64,000 bases of DNA from Ostrea edulis (Eukaryota): assembly GCF_947568905.1 (NCBI RefSeq), contig NC_079167.1, positions 15,500,001 to 15,564,000 of the forward strand, in the 5' to 3' direction. The notes below the pieces were generated by a model that made no database searches, was not told where the DNA came from, and was given only the letters and a program-made list of their open reading frames with translations. The position numbers and the translations under genes were made by a program. Below are positions 27,315 through 38,495 of the stretch, piece after piece; positions within the stretch are counted from its first letter, which is position 1; the number at the start of each line of letters is the position of its first letter.

Positions 27315-29226
27315 ATCTGAAGACATTGTATACTGAATTATGATAATGTTCACCTGTAAATAGTCCTGAAATATCATGAATCAAATGTATTATATACCTC
27401 TAGTATTACTGATAATGCTATATTCGTGCAATAATATTTGTTGATATTCTATCGTATTACCCCTTTTGTAGTGTGGATTACATGAAGGAATAAGAAATTT
27501 AAGTATAAATTGACATCTTTTTTCAGTATTGGCACTCAGTATTGGAATAAGCAGGGTATATTCTATACAGCATATATCTATATCTGATGAAACATGCAAT
27601 GCCACTACTAATTTTCAATAAACAACCATTAGTGCTTCTGAAATCTTTAAGAGATTTTTACTTTTCCACTTCTCTGGCCTTTATTTACTCACGTTTAAAA
27701 GTTTGAGCAGGATTGGAGTACACAGTGGGGTTTATATCGATCCATAAATTTCTATTATTAAATAAATATTTGATTAAAGCATAATGTTGACAAGAGCAGT
27801 TTTGTGGTTAGCTGACATGTTAACTCGTGCAGTCTGCGATACAAAGGATGGTTTAAACAAAGGATAACCAGAGAAGGGAACTTACGACGTTCTGTTGGGT
27901 TGTTAATTGCCCAATATAAGCCATTTCACATTCACGCGTTTGAAAGTACACTCAAAGTACCATGCCATCTTCAAATTCCTGTAATAACGTACAGGTTGTG
28001 CACGTACGAACGGGCAAACCTTGGAATTTGTACAGAAAGACAACCCATAAAACTGTCACGTGGTTGGAATCTTTAATTGGGTGAAAAAGTATTTATTAGT
28101 ATATGGCGGCAATCGGTTGTTCTGCTATGCTTAGTGAGATGTATCGAGCTCGTCTTGTGATAATTTATTAACCAGCCATGTTGGAAATGTAACTTCCGGT
28201 CAAATTGTAAATCACGAGTTTCGGAGTATTTTCGATATCCACTTTGACACAGTTCAATAAGGGTGTAATGTGTCTACTCCTTAGTGATAAAAAAGGCTGA
28301 GAATCGAGTTCAGAGGACTGCTTCCACTGGGCTGATCAAATTAGGGTGAATGCGACTAGGATTTAATTAAGTAGCTGCAGAACTGTATACGTAGCTCTCT
28401 GAGAAAATATTGGGATAGATCTGTCCGAATATTTTCACAGAGAGCTAGAGTTCTGCAGCTAAGTTTTTTTTAAAGTGGATAAATGTTAAATTTTTCAAAA
28501 TAAGTATCAGAATTCTATATTGAAAAATTGCATACTCATAAATTTACAATTCCACCACCCCTCCTAAACGAATAAAAACAGCAAACGTGTAGTCTAAAAT
28601 TTTGTTGATTGATTAATTTTTAGACCAAACAAAAAACCCCATAAAATTTTATTCGCATCTTGGCTCCTATATATTTTGTGGTATATAACAAGGCAAGTTA
28701 AACTTTTTTGAAAAATTGAACTAATTTTGTGAGATGACCAAGCTGACAATTAAGATTTCTTACTAAGCAGTAAATAGACATTGACATCGTATGACAATAG
28801 GGGTCTCCTATAGGTAACACTCATTTAGATTTAAACATTTCCAGCAAAAGTACACAAGAAACATCTTGTATACTGTACAATATTTTGCATGATATTATTT
28901 GATCTTTTGAAAAAGTCCAACTAAATGAAGACAAGATACACAGAGAAATACTTAAATCACGGAGAATGTGATATATTTTTTTAAAAACCTTGAATTCAAC
29001 AATTGATTAATTCTCTCTTAAAGGTGACCCGGTTCAATTCTCAACGTTAAAAACTGACCCAGATAAGCTTTCAAAGTGGAAAATTAATCTACTTGAATTA
29101 CCAGCGTATGGGGAATAAACTGATTCAGCTTTAAATTTGGAAATTAAACCTGTCGACATCTAAAATATGGAAATTAATTTTGATATATCAAAGGAATGAT
29201 TCGTTTGAAGTATACGTACAAGATAA

Positions 29227-31685
29227 CCTACCGTCAACTACCACAGATTACTGTGACTAACTAGTGACTACTGTCACAGCCTACCGTCAACTACCACACA
29301 TTACTGTGACTAGCTAGTGACTACTGTCACAGCCTACCGTCAACTACCACACATTACTGTGACTAGCTAGTGACTACTGTCACAGCCAACCGTCAACTAC
29401 CACACATTACTGTGACTAACTAGTGACTACTGTCACAGCCTACCGTCAACTATCACACATTACTGTGACTAGCTAGTGACTACTGTCACGGCCTACCGTC
29501 AACTACCACACATTACTGTGACTAGCTAGTGACTACTGTCACAGCCTACCGTCAACTACCACACATTACTGTGACTAACTAGTGACTACTGTCACAGCCT
29601 ACCGTCAACTACCACACATTACTGTGACTAGCTAGTGACTACTGTCACAGCCTACCGTCAACTACCACACATTACTGTGACTAGCTAGTGACTACTGTCA
29701 CAGCCTACCGTCAACTACCACACATTACTGTGACTAGCTAGTGACTACTGTCACAGCCTACCGTCAACTACCACACATTACTGTGACTAGCTAGTGACTA
29801 CTGTCACAGCCTACCGTCAACTACCACACATTACTGTGACTAGCTAGTGACTACTGTCACAGCCTACCGTCAACTACCACACATTACTGTGACTAGCTAG
29901 TGATTACTGTCACAGCCAACCGTCAACTACCACACATTACTGTGACTAGCTAGTGACTATTGTCACAGCCTACCGTCAACTACCACACATTACTGTGACT
30001 AGCTAGTGACTACTGTCACAGCCTACCGTCAACTACCACACATTACTGTGACTAACTAGTGACTACTGTCACAGCCTACCGTCAACTACCACACATTACT
30101 GTGACTAACTAGTGACTACTGTCACAGCCTACCATCAACTACCACACATTACTGTGACTAGCAAGTGACAACTGTCGCAGCCTCCCTTCAACTGCCACAC
30201 CTGTATGGAGCGCCAAATTAACATAAACTTAAATAATTGAAGATATCTTCAATTATTTGAAGATATCATCAATTCAGTTATTGCTCTCTTTAATTGAATT
30301 AATGCGCTCATTAAATCAATTATTGCTCTCATCAAATGAATTAATGCGCGCATCAATGAAATTAATGAGAACAATAATAGATTTGATGCGCGCATTAATT
30401 CAGTTATTGCTCTCTTCAATTCAATTGATGAGAGCATCAATTTCGTAGAAATATTGCTTGCAATAATTAATTTAGAGCTCGGTATAAATAATTTGATGGT
30501 CTCTTAGATATCTTTATTTATTTACAATGCTTTTGTATAAGGAATTAATGCGTGCATCAATTATTTTAAAGAGAGCAACAATTCAATTAAAGAGATCATT
30601 AATTCAATTGTGGATATGTTGAATTGAAGATATCTTTAATTATATAGTTGCTCTCTCTAAAAGAATTATTGCTCTCTTCAAATGAATTAAAGATATCTTT
30701 AATGCAATTGAAGAGAGCAATAATTGAATTAGTGCGCGCCTTAAATCAATTATTGCTCTCATGAAATGAATTAATGCGTGCATCAATTCGATTATTGCTC
30801 TCATAAATAGATTTAATGCGCGCAATATATCAATTATTGCTCTCTTCAATTGAATTCTAGCGAGCATCAATTCAATTGTTGATATCATTAATTAATTTGA
30901 AGAGATCATTAATTCAATTAAAGCGCGCATCAATTCAGCTGAAGAATCAATGCTATCATCAATTCAATTAATGCGCGCAATAGTTCAGAACTGAAGATAT
31001 CATTAATTATTTGAAGAGATCTTTAATTAAATTGTTGTGAGCATCAAATGAATTGATGATATCTTCAATTATTTGAGTTTATGTTAATTTGGCGCTTCAT
31101 ACACCTGACTGTCACTGTCTATTAAGTTCTGTCACAGCCTACCGTCAACTACCACACATTACTGTGACTAGCTAGTGACTACTGTCACAGCCTACCGTCA
31201 ACTACCACACATTACTGTGACTAACTAGTGACTACTGTCACAGCCTACCGTCAACTACCACACATTACTGTGACTAACTAGTGACTACTGTCACAGCCTA
31301 TCGTCAACTACCACACATTACTGTGACTAACTAGTGACTACTGTCACAGCCTACCGTCAACTACCACACATTACTGTGACTAACTAGTGACTACTGTCAC
31401 AGCCTACCGTCAACTACCACACATTACTGTGACTAACTAGTGACTACTGTCACAACCAACCGTCAACTACCACACATTACTGTAACTAACTAGTGACTAC
31501 TGTCACAGCCTACCATCAACTAGCACACATTACTGTGACTAGCTAGTGACTACTGTCACAGCCTACCGTCAACTACCACATCTTACTGTGACTAACTAGT
31601 GACTACTGTCACAGCCTACCGTCAACTACCACACATTACTGTGACTAGCCAGTGCTTACTATCCCAGCCTATCGTCAACTACCAG
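29227..31685. repeat. 53-bp tandem array (~18 + ~10 copies), interrupted by a TIR element
   Basis: Unit CCTACCGTCAACTACCACACATTACTGTGACTAGCTAGTGACTACTGTCACAG, period 53, near-identical copies with no spacers. Confidence 0.95.
30204..31101. mobile_element. 898-bp foldback/MITE-like TIR element made of short AT-rich subrepeats
   Basis: TIR TATG(G/A)AGCGCCAAATTAACATAAACT(T/C)AAATAATTGAAGATATC. 6-bp direct repeat CACCTG at 30198-30203 and 31102-31107. Confidence 0.8.
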
Positions 31686-32061
31686 TCCTGGAGGTTTGAT
31701 AATTACTGTAACAAGACACACCTTACTGTAACTGTCACATGATCTGGGTTTTGGGTTTTGGGACGTGCACCTTGCTACATGTATTTAAGGACCTTCATCC
31801 ACTCACACACACAAAGAAGATTAGTAGACACCGGGCACCTACAAATAGAAATTATAGAAATCATGTTATTACACTGAAGGACATCAACAAAGGAAATGAT
31901 TAACCAAAATCTTGTATGAAATAAACATAATTCTCAGTTAAACATTGAATCCTATGGGGACATTTTTTGGCTGATAGAAAAGATCACTTCTAAAGAAAAA
32001 GAAAAAATATGTTTACCTGACGTAATCTGATGTTATTTATGTATTCTCTCTCTCTCTCTCG

Positions 32062-32100
<39 letters not shown>

Positions 32101-32139
32101 ACACATCTATGCCAAGTTGAATGACATACGTCATTGAAG

Positions 32140-32459
32140 TCAGCATTTCGCAAATTCTATGGTCGTTATAACGATCTAGTTCGTCAATACAACCTCGCAT
32201 TGGGTCAAATGCTGTCTGACGTGTTTCATACCGATTGTTAAGCCGTTCTTGGCACACTGATTTTGACTGCGGATAACTCCGTTTACCTGATCAGGATATA
32301 GGGCTCACGGCGGGTGTGACCGGTCAACAGGGGATGCTTACTCCTCCTAGGCACCTGATCCCACCTCTGGTTTGTCCAGGGGTCCATGTTTGCCCAACTA
32401 TCTATTTTGTATTGCTTGTAGGAGTTATGAGATTGATCACTGTTCGTTATCTTCACCTT
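32140..32459 (+). mobile_element. 3' end of a Penelope-like (probably Naiad-group) retroelement
   Basis: KSAFRKFYGRYNDLVRQYNLALGQMLSDVFHTDC* followed by the same 3' sequence as 45790-46105. Confidence 0.6.
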
Positions 32460-32525
32460 GTATACGTAAAATGCTTCACCACTATCATATCATTCATCAA
32501 ATATGTGACATCCCTTCCATTGTTT

Positions 32526-32752
32526 CCCGTGGTGACCCGGGTTAGAATAGGTCCACAGTACCCCTTGCGTGTCGTAAGAGGTGACTAAATGGCACAGCAT
32601 GCAGGTGTGGAACGTTAAAGATCCCTCCCTGCTAAAAGACCGTAAGCGCCGAACATAGGCCTAAATTTTGCAGTCCTTCACCGGCAGTGATGACGTCTCC
32701 ATATGAGTTAAAAGTTCTCGAGCGGGACGTTAAACAATTAACAATCAATCAA
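32526..32752 (+). mobile_element. SINE-like retroposon without a tRNA head (internally deleted copy)
   Basis: Same family as 22213-22483. TSD CCTTCCA(T/C)TGTT at 32513-32524 and 32753-32764. Confidence 0.75.
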
Positions 32753-32903
32753 CCTTCCACTGTTATCTAACAGATACTTTGCTGTTTATCCATGTTTAAT
32801 TCCAATAATCCTTCCGTTCTACAGTAAGATTATTCCATGAAGTAATAACGTAATAATAACAATGCTTTCTACATTTTATTTTTTTTCTTCATTTAAATAT
32901 ATT

Positions 32904-34770
32904 TCAGATACGATGTGCAGCATCGCCAATTCTGAGGGTGAGATTTTTGTTTGTGGACACGATATTGGTGGGATACCAGTCATATCGCTTAACTGATAGC
33001 GTGTTTCAATAGCGCCCATCCATAAGCAAATCCTTCTTCTCTATCTCCCATTATTTGCTTAATGACTTGTCCTTTCTTGAATGGCCGCGGTAGTCTAGAA
33101 GTAGAGCGTTTGCCCCGCATACAGAAGGTCGGAGTTCGAATCCTAAGACCTAAGTCGTTAAAACAGGTAGTGACAGTTCCGTCGCCAAATGCTCGGCATC
33201 AGGTGTGAATGTGAACGGGTCCTCGGAGATGATCTTAAAAACAGATGTCCCGTGTCACAGTAGGTGTGGCATGCTAACGAACCCCCACTGCTCCATGGCC
33301 GTAAGAGCCGAGTATAGGCTTAAATTTGAAACCCTTCACCGGAATTGGTGACTTCTCCATATGAGTGAATATTTTTCGAGAGGGACGTTAAACAAGATGC
33401 AATCAATCAATTAATCCTTTCTTGAGACTGGGCTCCTTGCTACTCCGAGCTTTGTAATTTGTGTGAGCGATCACTTTGATCTTACGCATTGTTCCTGTGT
33501 CACCATTTACCAATGCTGGATCCGAAGTGTCGAGAAGATCGGAACTCTGAGAGTTCTGCAAGGAGTTTCTATCATAGTGGGATTTCCCATCTTTTTACCG
33601 TTCTCACAATTTTTCCAATTGGTGACATGTCTGCCACTGTTTTCATCACTGTCATCATTATCATATGTCACAAAGTATTCCCTGTACCCGCTTCTACAAG
33701 GATCGTTTTCTTTTACCTTCTTCCTTGGCTCGGTCTCATCAACACATAATTCCTTGACGTAAAATGAATTTGGTAGACGATAAGATGTTCCATTTGGTAG
33801 TTACAATGTTTCTATATCATCTTCAGAATATCTCTCACCAACGGTGAGGGGAATTTCATGATTAGCGAGCTTTTCAGCACAGTATCAAAATTGGAAGTGC
33901 TAACTGCCATGCTGTGAGTAGAGTGAATAGCTTTATGTTTATGTGGTGAATCTTGCTGTTCAGAAGATGTAGAATGGTGTGCTGGAATCGTTTGTCTTTG
34001 CTGATACCAGTTTCCGCCTCCGTTACATGTATTTCTAGATTCTTTGATTCTAACAAAGGACTGTTCACCATTCCCCGTAACGAGTACCGTCTTCTTGATT
34101 CTTGTCCCCTCTACTGCTTCTATCCAATTTTGGTTGTAGATTTCTCGAATGTTTATGGTTTGTAGATTGGTGGGGGATTCAGATATCTCATCGATACTTT
34201 CATGAATGAAGTCATATCGTGGAATTACATATTCTACATACTGTGTAATAACTTCAAGAATCACAGTAAATCTGTCTTTGCCCAATTTTTATTCCAGATC
34301 AAGGACTTTAATTTTGCCCCATCTTCCATTTATGCTCCAGGGGTTGTTTTAATGCGTTCTTTCAGGTGATATATCTGTGAATTCGTGGACTCTCTTTTTC
34401 CTGCGTTGATGGATCGTATTCTGTTGCTCCTGAAAAGCTTTACTTCCAACTCAAGTTGTCTAGCGACTGCTTCTTTTTCTTAACAGCGTTTTCTAGATCG
34501 TCCCGCTGAGTGTTGTACGGGTTAAATTCTTCCTCTATTTCTTTCAACCTCGTTCCCTGATCCTGGCTAGTGTGTTTTAGGATCTTTTGATACGGACCAT
34601 TATTTGCCATGAGCGTATTATAGCGGTCTACATCCCTAGAGGAGGCTGATTGGACAAAATCAAGTATTTTACTTTCCAACTTTTGATTTCTTTAAGATAT
34701 GTTGACTCTTTGTAAGCGATTTCATATCATCACACCTATATAGCCTCCTAAAGACGAATGGTATATTTGT
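32904..34770 (-). pseudogene. Decayed intronless ORF with a C-terminal SH3 domain, split by a SINE
   Basis: Removing the SINE and one TSD restores MRKIKVIAHTNYKARSSKEPSLKKGQVIKQIMGDREEGFAYGW, followed after a frameshift by RYDWYPTNIV (SH3 signature). The upstream ORF pieces 34440-34679 and 33812-34285 appear to be linked to it by frameshifts. Confidence 0.6.
33083..33414 (+). mobile_element. tRNA-derived SINE, full length
   Basis: A-box-like GGTAGTCTAGAAGTAGAG, B box GGAGTTCGAATCC and (CAAT)n tail. 11-bp TSD TCCTTTCTTGA at 33070-33080 and 33415-33425. Confidence 0.85.
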
Positions 34771-34774
34771 TCCG

Positions 34775-37650
34775 TTTCCACCTCTACCTGTAAGCGGCCA
34801 CCATCAAAATGATGACTATTATGCCACTGTTCGGTATGCACATGTTAAAAACAAATACCGGTATATTGGCGAATGTCTATTTACAGGCGAGTTTAAAAAC
34901 AAACGAAACCAGTGGCTTATTGACGGAGATAAACCTTGAAAGCACAGTTGAGGTGGGTAAGGCATTCCACTCCTTGATGGAACGTGGGTAGAATGATTCC
35001 TTCCTCACTGATGTTCAACATGATGGAATTTGCACTGCCATAATGTTGTTATTCCTGGATGTTCTTTCTTGGATTTTTAGTTTCTCGCTAATGTCAATCT
35101 GAAGTTTATTGTTGATCAGCTTGTACATAACGCAGGGGCTGGATGTCCTTCGCCGCTCTTCTAACGATGGTCATCCAAGCTGATTAAGCATCTCGGTTAC
35201 AGACGAGGTGTTATGGTATCTGTTGTGGACATACCGGAGTGCTCTACACTGAATCATTTCAATCTTTGGAATATCTTACTTTTGATGAGGATTCCAGGCC
35301 GCACTCGCACACTCCACTGTTGGTCATATTAATGATTTATAGGCCTTTTCTTTGATTTTAGAATTGCTGGTGTTGATGTTTCTTTCGAGAAAGCCAATGG
35401 TGCTGTTTGCTTTAGCACAGATGCTATTTATGTGCTGGGTCCATTTCAAGTCTGTCGAGATTGTAACGCCGAGATAATTTGCTGATAGAATATGCTATAA
35501 TTGGTGGTCGTGTAATATGTGGTTCTTCATGATGATTTTCGATTTTTGGTGATGGTAAGCACATTACATTTTTCCGGGTGGAACCGCATGTTTTCCCAGA
35601 TTGCCAGTTGGTTCAGGTCGTCCTGGAGCTTCTCTGCATCTGAAGTGATAGTCATGTATGTCACGGTATCATCAGCAAAGAGTCGTATGGTCGATGAGAG
35701 GCCTTCCGGCATGTCGTTTATGTAAAATAGAAAGAGACTCAGTCCTAGGACAGAACCTTGTGGCACACCGGAGTCCACTGGGACCTCTTAAGATGATCCC
35801 CCCTCCACAACTAGACTTTGCTTGCGGTTTGTAAGGAAGCTTTGGATCCACTGGTTTGTCTTCCCTTTTATTCCATAATGGTTGAGCTTATGAATTAGAA
35901 GATTGTAGCTCACTTTATCAAATGCTTTAGAGAAGTCCATAATAAGGCAGTCAGTCTGTTTTCCCTTGTCGATGTTGATTGAGATATCTTCAATAAACTC
36001 TATGAGTTGAGTTTCACACGAGAGGCCTCTACCGAACCCATGCTGGAGTGGGTACATGATGTTATTGTCATCAGCATGATCTTGCTACGGATGCACGTCA
36101 ATGACACTGGCCTATAATTTACTGCCTCATATTTCTTCCCTTTCTTATATGTAGGGCTAATGTTGGTTGTTTTCCATAAGATGGGTACCTCTCCTGTTTG
36201 GTAAGAGTGATTGAAAATCACAGTAAGGATTGGCGCCAAAACATCTGCTAGTTCTTTAAGGACCCTTGGTGATATAGTATCTGGTCCTGGGGCTTTGGTT
36301 ACATTCAGCCCTTTGAGTAACTTATGGACTCCGTTTACTGTTATGTCTAGGTCTTCAATCCTGGGAAATCCACCCTTCATGTTGCATCGCTTACAAAACT
36401 CCTCAACTGTGATGTCCACTTTTTCCGAGAAGGCTTCCTGAAACTGCTTGTTTAGAATATTTGCCTTGCCTACTGATTCCTGGTGAAGAAGACCGTCCTT
36501 TTTTAAGGATGGTATACTATTACCGTCCGGCTTCCAATGTTTTGATGAAAGTCCAGAAACGTTACTTCTGTTTTGGTTCGCATCATCTGGTTCTGATTTT
36601 ATCATGTTGTCTATATACTTCCAATATGAACGTCGTTTCTCCTGCTGTGTTTTTCGTTTTAGTTCCTTGTAGTTGTTAACATCCTTTATATTTCCTGACC
36701 TTTTCTTTCTCTTATAACATGTGTTCCTTTTTCTTATCAATCTACGGACATCTCGTGTAATCCATGGTTTACTCTCCTTATTCCTGGCTAGCTTTGATGG
36801 TCTATGTTCCTTGATACTTTCTTCCAGTGCCTGTTGAAAATGGTTCCAAAGGTTATTGGTTTTAAGTGCACTGTCCCTCATAGATTCAATGCCAGATGAT
36901 ACTACTTTCATATCTTTCCTGATCTCGTCCCAGTTTGCCTTTCCGTATAATGGTATTTTACAAAGTCGTTGTTGTATTCTAGCTGGCATTACGTCTAGTT
37001 CTACAAATACTTCATCATGATCTGAAATACCAGGCATGGTCTCTACCCTGTTGACAGTCGATGGATGGTTCGTTACCACTAAGTCGAGTGTGTTCGTACC
37101 TCTTGTTGGAGTGACGACCATCTGATATAGTCCAAGGTCATCAAGAGTCTCTATGAATTTATTGTTTATCGTCACATAATGAGTTCCACTTTTAATACTT
37201 TTTGTTTCCCAATTTATTCCAGGCAGATTGAAGTCTCCTGCTGATATAATAACTGCATTGTTTACCCTGCATGATCTTTCCATACTTTTGTAATAACTTA
37301 GGAAGCCTTCTTCATTACTGGTTCTTGGATTGTAGAAGCTAGATAAATAGATTGTACGATGACAGACTAGGTTTAGCATACACCACACCATTTCACACTC
37401 CGTTTCGAATTCAGGCACTGATGAACTGAGATCCTTTTTAACTGCAATGATTACAACTCCTCCGCTAAGATTTCTGTCCTTGAGAAAGGTAGTAAAGCCC
37501 ATCGAGAGAAATTGTGAATCTTTAATAGAGCGGTCAATCCAAGTTTCAGTTCCAAAGATTACATCAGGATTTGTGGTCTCGATAAGGTTGAGTAATTCTC
37601 CCTGTTTTGTTTTAACTGACTTAAAATTAACATTTAAGAGTCATAGATTT
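34775..37650 (-). mobile_element. CR1-group LINE with degenerate APE endonuclease and RT
   Basis: APE motifs VIFGTETW, GDFNLP, NTLDLV and GISDH (36000-37600). RT motifs QHGF, DFSKAFD, GVPQGSVLG and RLFADD (35527-36057). Frameshifts and small deletions; boundaries are approximate. Confidence 0.9.
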
Positions 37651-37843
37651 CCCTTATACTTCCCATTACTGTGGTTTAATACTTTCTTCTACCAAATGGC
37701 ATCACCCATGGTTAACATCAACACCGCCTGGACTAACCGACTTTAGAATTGTTGTGGTGATCTTATCAGTACTGTGATCAATCGTAACTACTCGGCTGTT
37801 TCCGTAACCGACTACGGAAAAGGGCGAGCGCGTGATCCGATTG

Positions 37844-37896
37844 AACTCCGCCAACGCCGGTCCCAAGACCGGGTGCAAGAGGAGGAGGGTTGTGCG
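37844..37896 (+). ncRNA. Twister ribozyme (3' cleavage-product portion) at the RTE 5' end
   Basis: AACTCCGCC AAC GCCGGTCCCAAG(A)CCGG GTGCAAGA GGAGGAGGG matches the twister consensus. P2 is CTCC/GGAG, P4 is CCGG/CCGG, and the CCC/GGG pseudoknot is present. One conserved C is A (37868). Confidence 0.8.
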
Positions 37897-38217
37897 TGAG
37901 GCTAGCTCCCTCACCACGTAAAAAAACACGTTGCTACAGAAACCGAAGCAGCTGATCACACTACGATGTTTTGAGCGGACGAATAGACCCTTTGCTTCAG
38001 CAACATATGAAGAGAAATAGTGAAAGCGAGCAGGAAGCTATTTCTCCGAAATCATCTATATTGTCTCCAAAACGAATTTTAAGAATTGCATGTTGGAATG
38101 TTAGAACTATGTATGAGGCAGGAAAAACGAATCAAGTTGTTAAAGCGATGAATGAATATTCTATCAGCATTCTAGGAATTAGTGAATGTAGATGGACACA
38201 ATCTGGAGAGATTACCC

Positions 38218-38495
38218 ATAACTCAGAACATGTGATATGTTATTCAGGGAGAACTGATAACCCAGGACATGTGATATGTTATTCAGGGAGAACTGATAAC
38301 TCAGGACATGTGATATGTTATTCAGGGAGAACTGATAACTCAGGACATGTGATATGTTATTCAGGGAGAACTGATAACTCAGGACATGTGATATGTTATT
38401 CAGGGAGAACTGATAACTCAGGACATGTGATATGTTATTCAGGGAGAACTGATAACTCAGGACATGTGATATGTTATTCAGGGAGAACTGATAAC
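38218..38495 (+). repeat. 39-bp tandem repeat x7, in frame inside the RTE endonuclease
   Basis: CATGTG at 38229+39n up to 38463. Encodes HVICYSGRTDN seven times, joined by PG/SG. Confidence 0.95.

Noticed and set aside
30249-30888. Leu/Ile/Met-rich ORFs
   Set aside because: They are translations of the AT-rich subrepeats of the TIR element on both strands.
29227-31685. CRISPR-like array (palindromic repeats)
   Set aside because: The units are contiguous with no unique spacers, there are no cas genes, and the context is eukaryotic. It is a tandem repeat.
32908-32940. Plus-strand micro-exon (tttcag...AGG|gtgag)
   Set aside because: No other exons were found to link it to, and it overlaps the end of the minus-strand SH3 pseudogene. 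Probably chance.
37702-37760. 2A-like peptide (GGVDVNHG) upstream of the CR1 endonuclease
   Set aside because: It differs from DxExNPGP at most key positions and is followed by a stop. Too weak to call.
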